A stretch of 51,082 nt of DNA. It comes from a virus. This document shows, piece by piece, positions 50,870-51,082 of the stretch. The stretch is from positions 1 to 51,082 of the IMG/VR virus record IMGVR_UViG_3300045988_080243. One strand, 5' to 3'. A model generated the notes under the pieces. It was not told where the DNA came from. It ran no database searches and worked only from the letters and a program-made list of their open reading frames with translations. Position 1 is the first letter of the stretch. Each line of letters begins with the position of its first letter. Both the position numbers and the translations under genes were made by a program.

Positions 50870-51082
50870 TCACGTAACGCCACGCGCTGTCAGCACCATC
50901 GAGGATGCCAAGAACATGTGGATTCTTACTAAATGATCCAAACCATCCCAGATCGAAGCTACCAATAAGCCCTGAATGTAGTCTTCCTGCCACTTGTCGA
51001 ACTGCTCCTTGCCAATACCAGCAATGTCAGCTTCCGACAAGGCATAGTTCACCAGGCCCTTGTAGCCGTACTCATCCGACAA
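50870..51082 (-). CDS. C-terminal part of the junction-spanning gene (see 1-340)
   Basis: The frame is open to the window edge. The first codon in the ORF track is an edge artefact (TTG read as M). Confidence 0.5.
   Translation of the reverse strand: MSDEYGYKGLVNYALSEADIAGIGKEQFDKWQEDYIQGLLVASIWDGLDHLVRIHMFLASSMVLTARGVT
51028..51082. repeat. Second copy of the 55-bp end overlap
   Basis: Identical to bases 1-55. Confidence 0.95.

Noticed and set aside
1-51082. Diversity-generating retroelement, retron, toxin-antitoxin pair or other known defence or anti-defence system.
   Set aside because: I saw no reverse-transcriptase motifs (YxDD), no template/variable repeat pair near the tail fibre genes, and no recognisable toxin domains in any frame. 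The many small early ORFs could hide anti-defence genes, but nothing in the sequence alone supports a specific call.

Overview
The window is a complete, circularly closed tailed-phage genome. Bases 1-55 are repeated exactly at 51028-51082, so the unique length is about 51,027 bp. The repeat looks like an assembler k-mer overlap rather than a biological terminal repeat.

Layout: a roughly 1.7 kb non-coding control region (about 2170-3900) sends out two divergent gene arms. They converge on a bidirectional terminator at 20978-21022.

- Rightward arm (3.9-21 kb): many small early genes, then a replication and recombination module. It holds an SNF2 helicase, dCMP deaminase, Cas4-like nuclease, Sak4-like ATPase, DUF669-like protein, primase-helicase, family A DNA polymerase, WhiB and RuvC.
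- Leftward arm (2.1 kb, through the window junction, down to 21 kb): small early genes with several tandem paralog families, and tRNA-Leu(CAA). It continues with a GH16 plus LAKTG-anchored surface-protein cassette, dUTPase, NrdH and a lysis cassette. That cassette has an amidase_2 endolysin with choline-binding-type repeats plus four small membrane proteins. A full siphovirus-type structural module follows.

The host is probably an actinobacterium, judged from WhiB, the LAxTG sorting signal, NrdH and leaderless-type promoters. The genus cannot be called from sequence alone. I found no integrase, repressor, partition system, reverse transcriptase or CRISPR array.

Observations most worth follow-up:
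1. The hairpin-insulated GH16 and sortase-substrate adhesin cassette.
2. A class-3-type intein with a LAGLIDADG endonuclease in the terminase P-loop.
3. TGTGA-N6-TCACA boxes at a fixed distance upstream of five early promoters.
4. Two truncated tRNA-like acceptor/T-arm minihelices.
5. The repeat-dense control region with an AT-rich island.
6. Hairpin, -10 element and leaderless ATG modules in the late arm.
7. A tail-chaperone overlap that needs a +1 or -2 shift rather than -1.
8. An in-frame TAA inside a conserved paralog.
9. A polar over-representation of CTGTCG.

All functional calls come from reading motifs in the translated ORFs. No database search was run.
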